Notes: a model not told the origin generated them from the sequence alone. Counted from the stretch's first letter, positions 24,718 to 38,894 are shown. The stretch is 64,000 bases of DNA from Eledone cirrhosa (GCA_964016885.1 OZ024742.1:238390001-238454000), one strand, 5' to 3'. Numbers and translations are program-made.

Positions 24718-24866
24718 GACATAATAAAATTCGCTGTAATTATTACTGTCGTCATTTTCGCTTTTATGGTGGGTTTATATAACCTGTATTGGTATTACAG
24801 CATCCGTTCAATAGTAGAGATTAGGGATCATAACGTCAAACCGCAAGCTGAGAAATTCTTTGGCAA
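24718..24866 (+). CDS. TRPC: TRPC-like exon, S5
   Basis: TTTTCAG acceptor; DIIKFAVIITVVIFAFMVGLYNLYWYYS...EKFFG; GTTAGT donor, phase 2 matching the next exon. Confidence 0.92.
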
Positions 24867-25333
24867 GTTAGTACTAAATCTCTTCTTTCTTTTTATTATT
24901 ATTATTATTTTTTCATTTATCTTGCTTTACATTCATACGAGTTATCACCAAGTCAAAACCAGTGACCTCAAGAGACAACAAGGTCCGCCATGTTCAAGAA
25001 AGAGCACATACACACACACACATGTATCTTTAGGTGTTTAGACTTGTGATGTACTTATATTGACAGAATCTTCCTTAGTATATAAGCAGTTCCCATTAGT
25101 ACAATCTTTTGTATTTCGTCTATACGTGGGTTTTCTGGGATTTTTGATAAGTAATCATTAGACTCCTTAGGTATCATTCCTGAGTCCAAATCCCGCCGAG
25201 GTTAACTTTGCCTTTCATCCTTACGGGGTCGATAAAATAAAGTACCAGTCACGCACTGGGGTCGATTCAATCGAATTTCCCCTACCCAAGAATTTCTGGC
25301 CTTGAGCCTAAATAAGAAACCATTATTATTATT

Positions 25334-27302
25334 GGTTGTTGAATTGAGAAGACGTGATTTGTGAACTCGTGTCATTATTTCTATTGTGAAACAATGTTTT
25401 TGATTTGAAATTTTATTATTGTTTTGGAGATAAAGGACTCAGCTTCCGTGTGAGGTGGTCCCTTTTCCATATTTGCAGCCCTTCAGGGTTAAATTCATGT
25501 TTTTTCGCAAACACCTCCTCTCCTTCCCCGAATTTTGAAAAAAAAAATCTGGCGCGCGCGAAAATTTCGTCTGTAAAAATGAACAGGGGTTTGTTTAATC
25601 AAGAGAACAGCCATATTTCGGCCCGCAGCAGTGACAACACCAGCTAGCAGCAACCAAGCATGGATATTCGTTTCCAACGAAACAAAAGATAAACTTGTTG
25701 CAAACACCACCACCACCACACCCACTAAAACCAGCAGCATCAACACCAGTATCCGCAGCAGCAGCAACAACAACGGCAACAGTAACCGCAACAGCACCAG
25801 CAACAACGGCAACAAGAACAAGAACAACAACAACGACAACAACAATAACAGAAGCAACAACAGCAGCAACAGAAAAGACGAGTCCTCAAAGCAGGCAGGA
25901 GCAACCCAAGCAGCCATATCTTTCGCGAGGGCGGCCAAAAATGTAGAAAGAATCCACGTTAGCGACAAGAAGATGAGGGAAGCCAAGCTTTTGGTCAAGA
26001 AGAGCGGCCACAGGGTCAGTTCGCCCATCCATCTGACGTCATGAGAAACAGACATCGATTTATGGTCTCGAACTATACAATTGGACACAAATCGCGCCGG
26101 ATGGAGTGGGCGACCAAGTCCCAAGTCCAAAGGGCTATGGGTGCCGTCTGGGCACAAAATATTTACATAGCCTGGGGGACAAAATATGGCACCATGGAAG
26201 TTCTCTTCGTTACCCCCTGAAGAAGTCAGAGCACACTCGATCACGCCACTCTGCAGCGAAGCGATCACCATGGTGCTGATGTACTGCGACCAAAAGGTTG
26301 TGAGGGTCCGAATGACCCAGGTTTGGCCCTCTGTAGAATTCGCTTGGCTGATGGCGGCCGTCCTCGTTAGCATCAAAGAGACGGCCACATCTTAGATGAC
26401 ATGCGACTAAATCTGGAGAACTGGTCAGGATTGGGATGGAGCTGATAATCCAAAGTCATCGATCTGGACGACGGCATCCACCAACCCGTGACTGTTGAGG
26501 GTAGAAGGCAAAGGTGTCACGGGTGTAGATATAAAACGCACCTAAAGGCCTTCTGCCCAAAATTATCCAAGGCAGGAACGCACTCCCTCTCCTACCTACG
26601 CCGTGTCCCTCGAATGGAGTGGCTAAACCATCTGAGGTCGCAGTGGCGGCAAACGACAGACACCGGCACCAGCACCGGCGACAGAAACAACAGAAATACC
26701 ATCTCCACCACCAATAGCACCACCAAGGTCAGTGGAGAGTATGCCCCTTCCCGATATCGCACAATCGGACAATGAGTGTGATGACGCTGGAGGGTGGAAA
26801 ACTTTCGGAGCGAGAAATAAAGGAAAGAGCTCCCACCCTTCGCCCTCAAAAAAAGAGGGCGAAACAAACAAACAAAAAGTGAAGACGTCAGCGCCGCCAC
26901 TACCATCATCATTAACAGCCCCACCACCACAACCATCAACACTATCACCACCACCACCATTATCATCATCATCATCAACCCCATCGTCATCTTCATCAAC
27001 ACCACTGCAAACGCATAAAGCACCAACATGTCAAACGCGGACACAATACACTGCGACACACAACACCAACACCACAAAAACAAATTACATACAAACCCCA
27101 AAAATTGCACCTCCCACACACATAAAAAATTGAAATTTCCCCCCAAAGACTTGTACTATCTTTAAAAACAAGTTCCCCGAGGCAATTAGAGACTATCGAG
27201 ATACCCTCTCGAAGAGAATATACACTGACATTCTCGCAGAAACCCACCACGGGCAGGAGGGATGAATTACCCACCCTCTTTCCAAAATGCCAAAGGTAAA
27301 GT
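25334..27302 (+). mobile_element. Tx1/L1-clade LINE, 5' part (decayed ORF1), preceded by a SINE A tail
   Basis: SFARAAK, WLMAAVL and TVEGRRQRCHGCRYKTHLKAFCP are homologous to ORF1 of 17756-22744; it starts after ATTATTATTATT. Confidence 0.8.
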
Positions 27303-27519
27303 AAAGTGTTTTCCTCTCTCATCTGTATTCCTCCAAGCTTGTATGCATGAGTGTTCAGGTGTATCATGGTGTGTGGAAGGCTGAGGTTGAGGGGAGAGGA
27401 ATAAAATGAGTCTGCAGGCTGAGGATGGCTGATTGTTAAGATGTGGGAAGGTGCCTAGATGTCCTCTAGATGTTTGCTTCATCCTGTGCACGTGTGAGAG
27501 TGGATCGTCTGCAGTAAAG

Positions 27520-27965
27520 CATATCGCCAGAGGTCTCGATCCTGTATCATCATATTTGCAATGTTTAATTGTATCCCTTCATCCCAAGTTTTCCTGGGTC
27601 TTCCTCTTCCATAGTTTCCTTCAGCTTCAAGTGCCCTACACATTCTGATAGAGATGTCATCCGCCATATGCATCACATGTTCATACCACCTCAACCTCCT
27701 CTCCTGCATAATGCATCTGATTCCTCTTGTATCTTGTTTCACTCTCAGTTCATTGACGCTTCGCTGTTCATGTATACAATTACACATCCATTGGAGTATG
27801 AAAGTTTTATTTCTTTCCAGTCTTCATAGGTCCTTTGCACACAGTGCCCAGGTCCCAATTCCTTGCAACATTGCCATGCGTACACAAACACCATACAACC
27901 TTTTTTTCATTTTGAAGAAAATGCTTTTTGTAGCTTGCAGCAGTAGTAGCTCCCAAACCTTTTTA
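27520..27965 (-). mobile_element. RTE-clade LINE C-terminal fragment
   Basis: ORF 27479-27787: [13 protein letters not shown]...GRGRPRKTW, a typical RTE ORF end. Confidence 0.75.
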
Positions 27966-27967
27966 CA

Positions 27968-28101
<134 letters not shown>

Positions 28102-28208
28102 CGTGCGAGCGTATATGTGTGTTTATGTCTGTGTTTGCATTTAATGTTTGTTTGTATCCTGTAATTTAGTAGTTCGACTAATAAAATAAGTACCATACTT
28201 CATAAGTA

Positions 28209-28375
28209 CCGTATTTCCCGGCGCCGAAGACGCTTCGTCCTCGAGGACACACCCTAATTTTGACAACCAAAAATTTGAAAAAAATAATAAACAACTTTCG
28301 GCCTCCAGGACGCATGGTAGATTTTTTAGACTTATTTTAGGAAAAAAGTAGCGTCTTCGACGCCGGGAAATACGG
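28209..28375. mobile_element. Tc1/mariner-superfamily (Tc2/pogo-like) MITE, 167 bp
   Basis: 25-bp TIRs CCGTATTTCCCGGCGCCGAAGACGC / GCGTCTTCGACGCCGGGAAATACGG (one mismatch); TA on both sides. Confidence 0.88.
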
Positions 28376-28802
28376 TAAGTACTGGAGAGAAAGGGCAGGG
28401 AGATATAATAAAGTACATCCCTTCAAAGCGGTGTCCCAGCATGGCTATAGTCTAATGACAGAAACTAGTAAAAGAATAGAATAAAAGAATCCATGTAAAA
28501 GTTCTTTCCATTACCAAAAAATGTTTTTTGCATTCTTTACATAATTTCCATGTGATTCTTGTTTTTAAAATTTGTTGATATTCAATTTTTTTGTTTTCAC
28601 TATTTATTAATCACCACCTGCTTTCTACGTATAAACAAGTTTGATGCTTGCTTTCTATCTTCACTCTCCAGCTAATTCGATTCCTCTAAAAACACTCTTT
28701 CATCTGTAGTGTAAAACGTGTGTTTTGCAAACAACCTCATCAAAGCATACGTATATGTTATTTTCTTGTATATGCATATATATGTGGGATTTTTGTATAC
28801 AT

Positions 28803-28893
<91 letters not shown>

Positions 28894-29026
28894 TGTGTGT
28901 GTGTATGTGTGTGTGTGTCTGTGTGTGTGTTATCTTTTGTATCCATATATATGTTATTTTTATGTAGATATATATTATATTTGCATACATATATGTTATT
29001 TTTGTGTTTATGTGTGTGTATGAGCC

Positions 29027-29063
<37 letters not shown>

Positions 29064-29228
29064 AAAAAGGTGTGGTAAGATACCAGGTGGACCATAACGC
29101 ACCAGAGTACTCGATACTTGGGGTAGTAGAGTGGGTAATAGGAAAAGAGTTTCGACAGCTAGATCGGAACTGTTCGGATCTAGCTGTCGAAACGGCCGGA
29201 GCTCAGCCGTCGTGGTCCTGACTCATTT

Positions 29229-29284
<56 letters not shown>

Positions 29285-29354
29285 GGGAGGGGGTATTTTT
29301 GTGTACAAATATGTCATTTTTGTATACATATGTGAGTGCTATTTTATAAACAAA

Positions 29355-30295
29355 TCTTATATAATAAAGTTGTAATTCCTGTCTTTTTGTTTGTTTGTTC
29401 ACGAACTCCTCCTATGGTTTTGGAGATAGCCGCCCCATAACCATATATATTCTGAAACTACATTGCCCATGGTACTTGGATAAGTATATTTCATTTTAAT
29501 CAAAGGGTTCCCCGGGGGCACAAACCCCCGCTGCCCCCGCTGAAAACTTGTTCCCTTCGATTTATATGAAATTTAAACCATAGGTAAATGACAAGATATG
29601 ATGCCTATTCACAAAATTTCAGCAAATTTCAATAATATTAAGACACCCTAATGGGGGTTAAACCCCTTATAGAGAAAATGTTGGAAGCCCATAACTTGAG
29701 TATTGGAACCTCTATTATCACGGGGTTTTTCTATTAATTAAACGTAAATCAACAAAAAAGGATCTCTCTTTTTATAGTAAAATAGCAGAGTACCTTATTT
29801 CATTCGATCAAAGAGTTCCCCGGGGGCACAAACCCCCGCTGAAAACTTGTTCCCTTCGATTTATATGAAATTTAAACCATAGGTAAACGACAAGATATGA
29901 TGTATATTCACAAAATTTCAGCAAATTACAAGTATTTTAAGACACCTTAATGGGGTTAAACCCCCTATAGTGAAAATTTTGGAAGCCCATAACTTGAGTA
30001 TTGGAACCTCTATTATCACGGGTTTTTTCTAATAATTAAACGTAAATCAACCCCAAAAAGCACCTCTCTTTTATAGTAAAATTTGGCTAATTTAGACAGT
30101 TTATCTATAGCATAACATCACTAGAATTATGACAACTAAAATTATTAGTTAATGCCTCTACTTTTTTAACATTAAACATTTAACATTTTCCCTTTATTTT
30201 TTCTCCATAAATTATATCACTGATTTAAAATCAATCATCATTTTCTTACAAAACAAAAAGTGTGAAACGCAGCAAGGCGCGGGTAATTCTGATAG
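29355..30295 (+). mobile_element. Non-autonomous Helitron with an internal ~300-bp tandem duplication
   Basis: A|TCTTATATAATAAAG 5' end followed by (GTTT) repeats; 3' GC hairpin CGCAGCAAGGCGCG then ATAG|T (variant of CTAG|T); duplicated units ~29487-29783 and ~29796-30082. Confidence 0.65.
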
Positions 30296-30413
30296 TAATA
30301 TATAAAGTAAGAGGTTCGTATTTTCTGGCATTTTACTAGATATGTGTATATATTTATACACGTTGATGCAGTCTCAGTTACACACTCTGTATTAATACAG
30401 ATATAACTTCACC

Positions 30414-30540
<127 letters not shown>

Positions 30541-31974
30541 TGTGTGTGTTTGTGTGTGTTTGTGTGTGTTTGTGTGTGTCTGTGTTTGTGTCTGAGTGTG
30601 TATTTTTATGAATACAAATGTCAGCAGACAAATAATTTTATTAACGATCAGAAGTATAGAATAGTGAAAGTATTTTTAAGAATTAAAATAATAAAACAGA
30701 AGACAGAAGAATAAAAAAAGAGAAGAAAAAAAGTAGGGAGGAGAAAAAATGAAATAATGAAAACGGGTAAGCGGGAAAAAGAGGAGCAAACTTTATACCC
30801 TTGGCTGGGGGTGGGGGTATATCTCAGTTTTAACCCACGGACAAGATAGAGAAAGCATTGCTGCGGAAAACAGCCAGTATCATCCCCTGCATCAAGCATT
30901 CCTCAGATGGAATGCGCTCATCCCAACGTTGTGGAGGAAAACGTCAGTCCAAGGTCTGAGAACACCGGTGGTCTCGGTGGCAACCGGCAGGAAAAGGAAG
31001 AAGTCTGTAAATTCCCGCTATTTCGTAATCTTCCACTCTTTTGTGTTACGTGTCGGGGCTTTGGTGGAAGCGATGAGGCTGCAACTGGAGGACATGTCGC
31101 AGTATGTGGTATTACAGATTTACCCCCCTACACACACACTCGAAAGGAAAAAGGGTTTTCGAAACCTCTCATTATACAATGAATATTTGAACGCAGGACA
31201 AATATTTTAACAAACCTTTAAAATAAAATAGCACTGTTGGATTAAATTCCTTATTATTTGATTAAATTCTTGGCTCCGTCATTTCAATCAACTTCGTATT
31301 TCATCCGTCCATGGACTTGATATAAAATACAAGTCCATGGACGGGGTGCTTTGCAGTGTCCCTTTCAGCTCTGTATGCTCTGAGTTTAAATCCTGCTCCC
31401 TGTCACCAGTAACGCGTCTGTCAGGAGTTTGAACCGGCATATAGTATCGGAATGGAAAGACTAATGGGATTATGGCTTCCTTGGTCTGATCTGACGATCG
31501 GCTCTTTTTCTTTACTTTATACTAATAATATCATAGTTATTTTTCATAAATTACACACAAATTGATACAACTTTGAAAGAAACATTAACAAAATAGTGTC
31601 AGAAAGAGGAGTAAAAAAGAAGACATTCACACTCAAATATGCTCTCCAACAGAGACTTCTTGTATTTCTCTTTAAGAAACAGTTTGAAGCGAGCTAAGTA
31701 ATTTACGACGAGTGATAGCCAGGCTAATCTGCTGGAATAGCCAAGCACACTCACGACTTTTACCTGATACCAGTAAAATGAGTCTCCAACTTTGTTGTCA
31801 ACGGCCTAATTCCCCCAAATGTCTCCAATGCTTCAAGTTAACAAATATAATTTACAAATAAATCTTATATAACAATGTCATATATTCTGAAAGACTTACG
31901 AATTATCATACCGAGCTGAGGTTTCTAAACTGTTTACTTAATAAATTGGAATAACCGTTGTTACAATTTTTCTT

Positions 31975-32365
31975 GACTGTGTCCTACAATGGTGTTATAC
32001 AGGTGTTTATGTATCTATGTAATAGATCTTTAGAACCTTTATGGTATCTTTTTCTTTTTCTGACAATAGTGTCCTAAAAGGATGTTATAAAGGTGTTTAC
32101 GTGTCTATGTAATAAATCTTGATAACCTTTTTGTTTTTGTTTTGTTTTTCCGATTATGCCCTACAAAGATGTTATGAAGATGTGTCTATTTAATAAATCG
32201 TGATAACCTTTGTTGCATTTTTTCTGATGGTGCCCCTTAAAGTTGCTATAAATGTGTTTATGCGTCTCTATATTAAATCTTGATAACCTTTCAGGATTTT
32301 TTGTCCTACAAAGGTGTTTTAAAGGTGTTACGAGCCTATGTAATAAATTAGGATTACCTTTTAAC
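31975..32365. repeat. Degenerate minisatellite, ~75-90 bp x 5
   Basis: Recurrent TGTCCTACAA..GTGTTATAAAGGTGTTTA..TCTATGTAATAAATCTTGATAACCTTT, directly upstream of the pore exon. Confidence 0.8.
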
Positions 32366-32386
32366 CTTTGTCATTTTTTTTTCTAG

Positions 32387-32585
32387 TTTGGACAACACGT
32401 TCCGGACTGTGTTTTGGTCATTGTTTGGTAAAGGAGAAACGTCAGTAGTTGAGCTAGATGGCTTTAGTCATTATTTTACCCGCAATGTAGGTTACTGGAT
32501 ATTCGGTGCATACAACATTAGTACTGTGATCGTGCTTTTAAACATGCTCATAGCAATGATGACCAGGTCATTCGAATGTATCCAG
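32387..32585 (+). CDS. TRPC: TRPC-like exon, pore helix, filter and S6
   Basis: TTCTAG acceptor; LDNTFRTVFWSLFGKGE...GAYNISTVIVLLNMLIAMMTRSFECIQ; GTAAGT donor. Confidence 0.95.
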
Positions 32586-32699
32586 GTAAGTACACATTAC
32601 ATGGTACTTCTGTCATTCAATCTGTCTGTCTGTCTTTCAGTCTCTTTCTCTCTCCCTCACTTACCCTCTATCTATCTATCTCGATCTCTTTCTGACTCT

Positions 32700-32887
<188 letters not shown>

Positions 32888-32998
32888 TTATGATGGTAGT
32901 GGTGACAGTGGTGGTGGTGATGATGCTGGTACGAAGGTTGGCTGGAGGGAGAGATAACCAGCTGGTTATATAAAAATCTTATTTTATCTATTTTTCAG

Positions 32999-33229
32999 AC
33001 AGAGGCGGATACTGAATGGAAATTTGCTCGCAGTAAGCTTTATATGGAATACATCCAAGAGGATTGTACTCTACCGGTGCCATTTAACATTATACCAAGT
33101 TTCAAATCTATTTTCTATATTTTACGATTCTTTTACCGTCTGTTTATTAAAAAAGAAGAATCTGGTATGATAAGGCATCCCGGTCGAATAAAAGACGTTG
33201 AACTCTATGCAATGCCAAGTGGTCGTCGG
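32999..33229 (+). CDS. TRPC: TRPC-like exon, TRP box and TRP domain
   Basis: TTTTCAG acceptor; [34 protein letters not shown] (EWKFAR box and LPxPFN box 2); GTCAGT donor. Confidence 0.95.
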
Positions 33230-34600
33230 GTCAGTACTGCCTTTCTAACTATTTTTCTATTATTATAGGGTGGTTTAATTGTTAGAGTATCGGCAAGAGT
33301 CTTCACATTTTTTATTCTGGATTTTACGTTCTGAATTCAAATCACGCTCATGCCAGCATTGCCGTTCATCCTTCTGAGTTTGATAAAATACAGTCTTGGT
33401 GAAGTCATGGTGTCAATATAATCGACTTTCCTTTTTCCCAAAAGTTGCTGACCCTCTGCCGAAACTCTACTTTTTCATCGAGCGGTGAATTAGCGAAGTA
33501 GTTAAGGTGCGGGGTCGAATAGAATGTTTTATGGTATTCATTCCAGCTCTCTGCTTGAAATGTGATTAGATGGAAAATGTGGTTAGATGGAAAATATGCA
33601 GAAGACTCTGTTGGATTGTATCTGTATTTCAAAGGGCCTGGATTGTCATATACTGCGTCTCGCTGAATCTCAATGAGGATTACGTTAAAGATATACATGT
33701 CTGTGGCATACACTTGCACCTTAATTTAACAGGTATGGATGCAGGTATGGCTGAGCAGGTAATAAGTTCACTTCTCAATCATGAGCTCTCGAGCTTAATC
33801 GCACTGCTTGGCACTCTAGACAAGTGACTTTTACCTTAGCCACGAATTGATCAGAGCTTTCTTGTTGAAAATGGGTAGACAGGAAACTGTACAGACGTTT
33901 GTTGAATGGACTGTATCTGTAAAACAAAAGATAAGCCTTGTCACACACTGTGCCACATGGAATCTCCCTGACAATTGTCTATATGTGTCTCTGAAATACC
34001 TAGCCACCTACACAATAATTTAAAATTATCAAGCTGGACATTTCGTTGGGTAAACAACCTTAACAAGTCGTGTAAAACTCACAGTGGTCCTTTTACATTA
34101 TAAATACTTAGGTCAAGCTAATCATCTTTTTTTCAATTTTCGGAGAAATATGTAAATAAGATATATTTACATGTTTATATATATAAATGTGTGTTTACAT
34201 CGCAATTTCGTGCAATTAAAACCTGTACTATTTCTGTTACTAAGCAGCTGAAATATATTATAAATATATTTCAGCTGCTTAGTAACCAAAACTGTCTTTG
34301 GTTCTATGAAACAACACCACGCATTTTAAACGGTCCCTATTTAAATAAAAATGTTCCAATATATTTTTACAATAGAACCATATGTTAAATTATCTTATAG
34401 GTTATCATACGTTATCTTGGTAATGAAATAATTAATAATTATTGTAAATCTCTCAAAATTCTTCATTAATTAATCGAAATAGAGTGTATTTATTTCATTA
34501 GAAATATGGTCGTGAAAAGGTTACTATACAATTGAGATCTCTATTTGTTTGTTCTCTCACTCTCTTTCTCCTCTCTCGCTTTCTCTCTGTCTTTCAACAG

Positions 34601-34750
34601 GGTGTCACTCAGTTAGATGCAAGTGCATGGGAAACTGACTCACCTCATTTAAAGGGAATTAAACATTTTCAAGAAAGAATGGCGACAACAAATGGCTTTG
34701 TGCGAAACGACTCAGACCCTTCGATATGTTCCCAGAAACTTACCTATCAG
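34601..34750 (+). CDS. TRPC: TRPC-like exon, variable C-terminal linker
   Basis: Long pyrimidine tract + CAACAG acceptor; 150 nt in frame GVTQLDASAWE...QKLTYQ; GTAATA donor; YQ joins the next exon to give the conserved YQxxMKRxxKRY. Confidence 0.82.
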
Positions 34751-35059
34751 GTAATAATTTATATATATTTCATGATACAGTTATTTTTAGTCAGCAATTA
34801 CATTATAGAATAGTCATTTTGGGCTTTAAAAAGAGCACATAAAATCTGTTAACTTCACTTTACATTTATTTCTTAATGTCAAATGTTCATCACACTGTTT
34901 GCAACCTAATCGCTGACTTGAAAGGACTACATCGTTCAAGTTCTAGTTTTGCTACTCTGTTCTGTTAGTTGTAAATACATCATGTATACAACATGTACTA
35001 GAGATAGATCATATATTGTTTATCATTAATCACTAGAATACTCAATTTAGTTATATTTC

Positions 35060-35370
35060 ACATCTGACCTGGGCATACACCACATACAGCTTTGGTGACT
35101 GACATTAGTTGCCTAGTCAGAGCCTATTACGTGTTGACGGGGGCTAGATTTTACATTTGATCAAGTCCTAATCCCAGTTTTGTCGACGTACGTTTCATAC
35201 CTGGCCTGGGCCTATACACAGCTTTGGGATGGGGCTTACATTTTACATCTGGCTTGGGCCTCTTACCAACTCTGGGAGCTTAAACTTCCCATCTGGCCAG
35301 GGTCTTTGCAGATCTGCGTTTCACATATAACCAGAGCTTGTTACCCGCTCGGGGGTAACAAATTTACTTT
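35060..35370. repeat. Degenerate ~45-55 bp tandem repeat
   Basis: Recurrent ACATCTGGCCTGGGCCT...CAGCTTTGG-like units. Confidence 0.55.
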
Positions 35371-35959
35371 GGGATAAACCATAATGTATTCAAGAATATA
35401 ATATTCATAATGACTTTAGTTACATTGAATTTAATAGAACTATGAAATAGCATTATGGAAGAATCACCTTAACCATTCAAAAACACACGAAAACTGTTGA
35501 ATTTATTTTACATTTATATTTATTTCTTCATCGGTGACCAGGTTGCAAACAATCAATGAAAATTATCAGCCACTGATTAGCTTTGTGGGCATACTACATC
35601 TCATATCTGGCTAGAGCATATCACCTGTTTTGGGAACCTAAATTATACATATGACCTAAGCATATTACTTGCAGGAGGTAGGGACACATTTCACGGTGGA
35701 ACTGTGTCAGTGACCAGGTCACAAGCAATGCAATGAAAATATTGACATCAAGAACTAAATGATAATTGTGAAGTATAACAGTTTCTGTGTGTGTTGAATG
35801 ACAAAAAAGGCTCTTTCACGATGTAACTGTATTAGTTTCAACACACAAGTTCTCGGATCAAGTAAGTAACCTGCTAGAGAAGTACGACATATCTTTGATT
35901 GTCGGAATTGTTGAGCATCAAACAAAACGCTGTGCGGTATTTGTTCCAACACTTTACAT

Positions 35960-36280
35960 TCCGAGTTTGAATTCTTCCGGAGTTGATAAAATAAAGTACC
36001 AGTCAAGTACTGGAGTCGATGTCATCAGCTTATCCGGACCCGCAGAATTGCAAGCCTATATATATTAGAAACAATTATGATTGTAAGCGGTGGATTGGCA
36101 GTATCAGTAGAGGGTCGGACGCCATGCTTTGACGCATAGAGTTACGTCCCTTTACGATCTGAGTTCAAATCCCGCCGAGGTTAACTTTGCCTTTCATCCT
36201 TACGGGGTCGATAAAATAAAGTACCAGTAATACACTGGATTAATTGTTGGCCTTGTGCCAAAAGTAGAAACAATTATTAT
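35960..36280 (+). mobile_element. Two SINE family A copies (partial + full length from ~36087)
   Basis: Matches the SINE A consensus; ends GAAACAATTATTATT. Confidence 0.8.
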
Positions 36281-36363
36281 TGCAAAGTGTATATAATGCC
36301 TCGTGTGTAACTGTAATACTGTCTATATTAACTGTCACTCATGTTTTCATGTATTTATTCCAG

Positions 36364-36430
36364 CGGGTTATGAAACGGATTGTTAAGCGTTACATATTTG
36401 ATATGCAAAGAGAAAACGATACAAATGAAG
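36364..36430 (+). CDS. TRPC: TRPC-like exon, CIRB/rib-helix region
   Basis: CCAG acceptor; RVMKRIVKRYIFDMQRENDTNE(G); GTAAGG donor. Confidence 0.9.
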
Positions 36431-37307
36431 GTAAGGAATTGTTGGAGTCATAAAATATATTATGTATTATCAATATAAGTGTGCACCCAGTATACTCTGT
36501 AAAGTGGTTGGTGTTAAGAAGGGCATCTAGCCATAGAAACTATGCAAAACACAGAGTTAAGAAGCCTCTTCAACTGTGTCCCGAACATTACATCTCTAGT
36601 GCTGGTGCCGCAATAAAATATACCTAGTACACTCTTTAAAGAAGTTAGTGTTAAGAAAGGCAATTAGCAATAGACACGATACCATAAAAAATTGAGAAGA
36701 CTCTTCAGCCACATCAAAGACACGACAAACTCTCTTGTGCTGGCGCCATGATAAAATGCACCCATTACACTCTGGAAAGTATTTGGTGAAATTAAGGGCA
36801 TCTAGCTGTAAAAGTCTTGCTAAAATTGGAACGTAGTCCCTCACCCGTCATAGAGAATAGTAGCTTAAACAAGGTACTGACTTGATCTGTGGAAACTCGT
36901 TCAACCCATGCCAACATTGAAAAACAGGCGTTAAGTGATGATGAAGATGATAATATATATATATATTAGGTTGTGAGTCGCCCGAATGGTTAATGCTACT
37001 TTCCGAGTTCAAATTCACCCTAGGAGATCAGGTTTGCCTTTTATTCTTCCGGGATTGGTAAAATAAACTGCCGATGAGATACAGTACCCAGTTTAATCTA
37101 CTAATAATCTGGTGTATCCCAAATTACTACAATAATAAGGGTCAATAAATGGCAATGTTAATCCTAAGTATTCCTGTGAGAAACTGCGATTACTGTCCAA
37201 AACGTGGTGTTTACCCCCTCCCCCATACCACCTTTTTCTCACCTACCGTATGTCTCTGAATATAAATATGTATTCTAAAAACTTGTTTGTTTTTCCTTAC
37301 CTCGTAG

Positions 37308-37780
37308 GTGATTTTGACGAACTAAAACAAGATATTTCCAGTTTCCGTTACGAAATGTTAAACCATATATCGACACATCAAACCGACAAGAAAGCTAATC
37401 AAGAGCAAATAAGCCATTTGCGATCGAAAGTAGACGATCTGGTACGACAAAACGACATCATATTGAGCTTGTTACAGAGAGATACAGGCAAGAAGAGGAT
37501 GACAGATTTAGATGCCTGCTTTGACAGCTCCGACAATTCAACTCTCGATATATATGGTGGAAATATAAATGAATCAACTAGTGCCCACGAAAGTGTACAG
37601 GATTTATCTGATATGAGTACTTCGCAACACTTATCCGATGAGTCACAGAGTGTCAAACAAGGTAGTTTTGATAAGGAAGATAACACTAACTCCGCTAAAG
37701 AAGCGCACATACATGTTGATGTGGAGCATGATAAAGAGGATAAGCCGAAAGATGAAAATGGCGATGATATATCTTTATAA
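37308..37780 (+). CDS. TRPC: TRPC-like terminal coding exon (coiled coil and acidic tail)
   Basis: CGTAG acceptor; (G)DFDELKQDISSFRYEML matches the TRPC KQDISSxRYE motif; stop TAA ends at 37780. Confidence 0.92.
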
Positions 37781-37849
37781 ATAAGAGTTGAGGTGAGATT
37801 AGAAATGTTATTGAATACTTTCATTGATTCGCCTCAATTTCCATGTTTA

Positions 37850-37881
37850 CTCTACATACATACATACATATATATATATGT

Positions 37882-37929
<48 letters not shown>

Positions 37930-37994
37930 ATATATGTATATATATGTATATATATGTATATATGTATGTATATATATATATGGGTGTGTGCGTG

Positions 37995-38071
<77 letters not shown>

Positions 38072-38142
38072 ATATATATATGTATATATGTATGTTTGTA
38101 TATATATATATATTTATATATATATATGTATATATGTATGTT

Positions 38143-38198
<56 letters not shown>

Positions 38199-38221
38199 TG
38201 TATATATGTATATGTGTATAT

Positions 38222-38272
<51 letters not shown>

Positions 38273-38351
38273 TGTGAAACCTCTATTTGAAAACTATTAT
38301 ATGTATACATATAATTATATATACCTATATACATATATATGAAACCTCACT

Positions 38352-38404
<53 letters not shown>

Positions 38405-38561
38405 CATATATATATACATATATATTTGAGAGTCGGGGCCCCGTATATATGTACATATAAATATACATACATATGTATATATATATATATGTATGCATAT
38501 GAATATATATATACATATGGATGTATATATATATATATGTGTGTATATACACATAGATATG

Positions 38562-38599
<38 letters not shown>

Positions 38600-38600
38600 A
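37850..38600. repeat. (TA)n-rich compound microsatellite (similar tracts at 39596-40200, 50966-51187, 57887-58205)
   Basis: Directly visible; source of the poly-YI ORFs. Confidence 0.97.
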
Positions 38601-38894
38601 ACATACCCGCATGTATGACATATATGAAACAACTGAGAGATAATAAACCACAACCAGTCAATAAAAATAGCAACTAAAACTATTCTTTTTTTTTTAATTG
38701 CATTTATGTAGAATTAATTTGAACGATTTAATACTGTATATGTTTAACCTACTTTATTATTCGAATGTCCTCTAAGAACTAGTTCAAACTGTTTAACATC
38801 CCAAGTTAAACGTTGTTAATGTTTAGAGAGGAGATGGAACAAGGCAAGAGAAAGAGAGCGAATGCTATATATATATATATGTGTATGTATATAT

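Noticed and set aside
31305-31344. Perfect 15-bp hairpin CCGTCCATGGACTTG / CAAGTCCATGGACGG
   Set aside because: It lies in a decayed SINE remnant; likely a local snap-back with no evidence of function, and not a bacterial terminator.
37766-37780. C-terminal DISL as a PDZ ligand
   Set aside because: It does not fit the class I S/T-x-L motif of TRPC4/5; a class II match is too generic.
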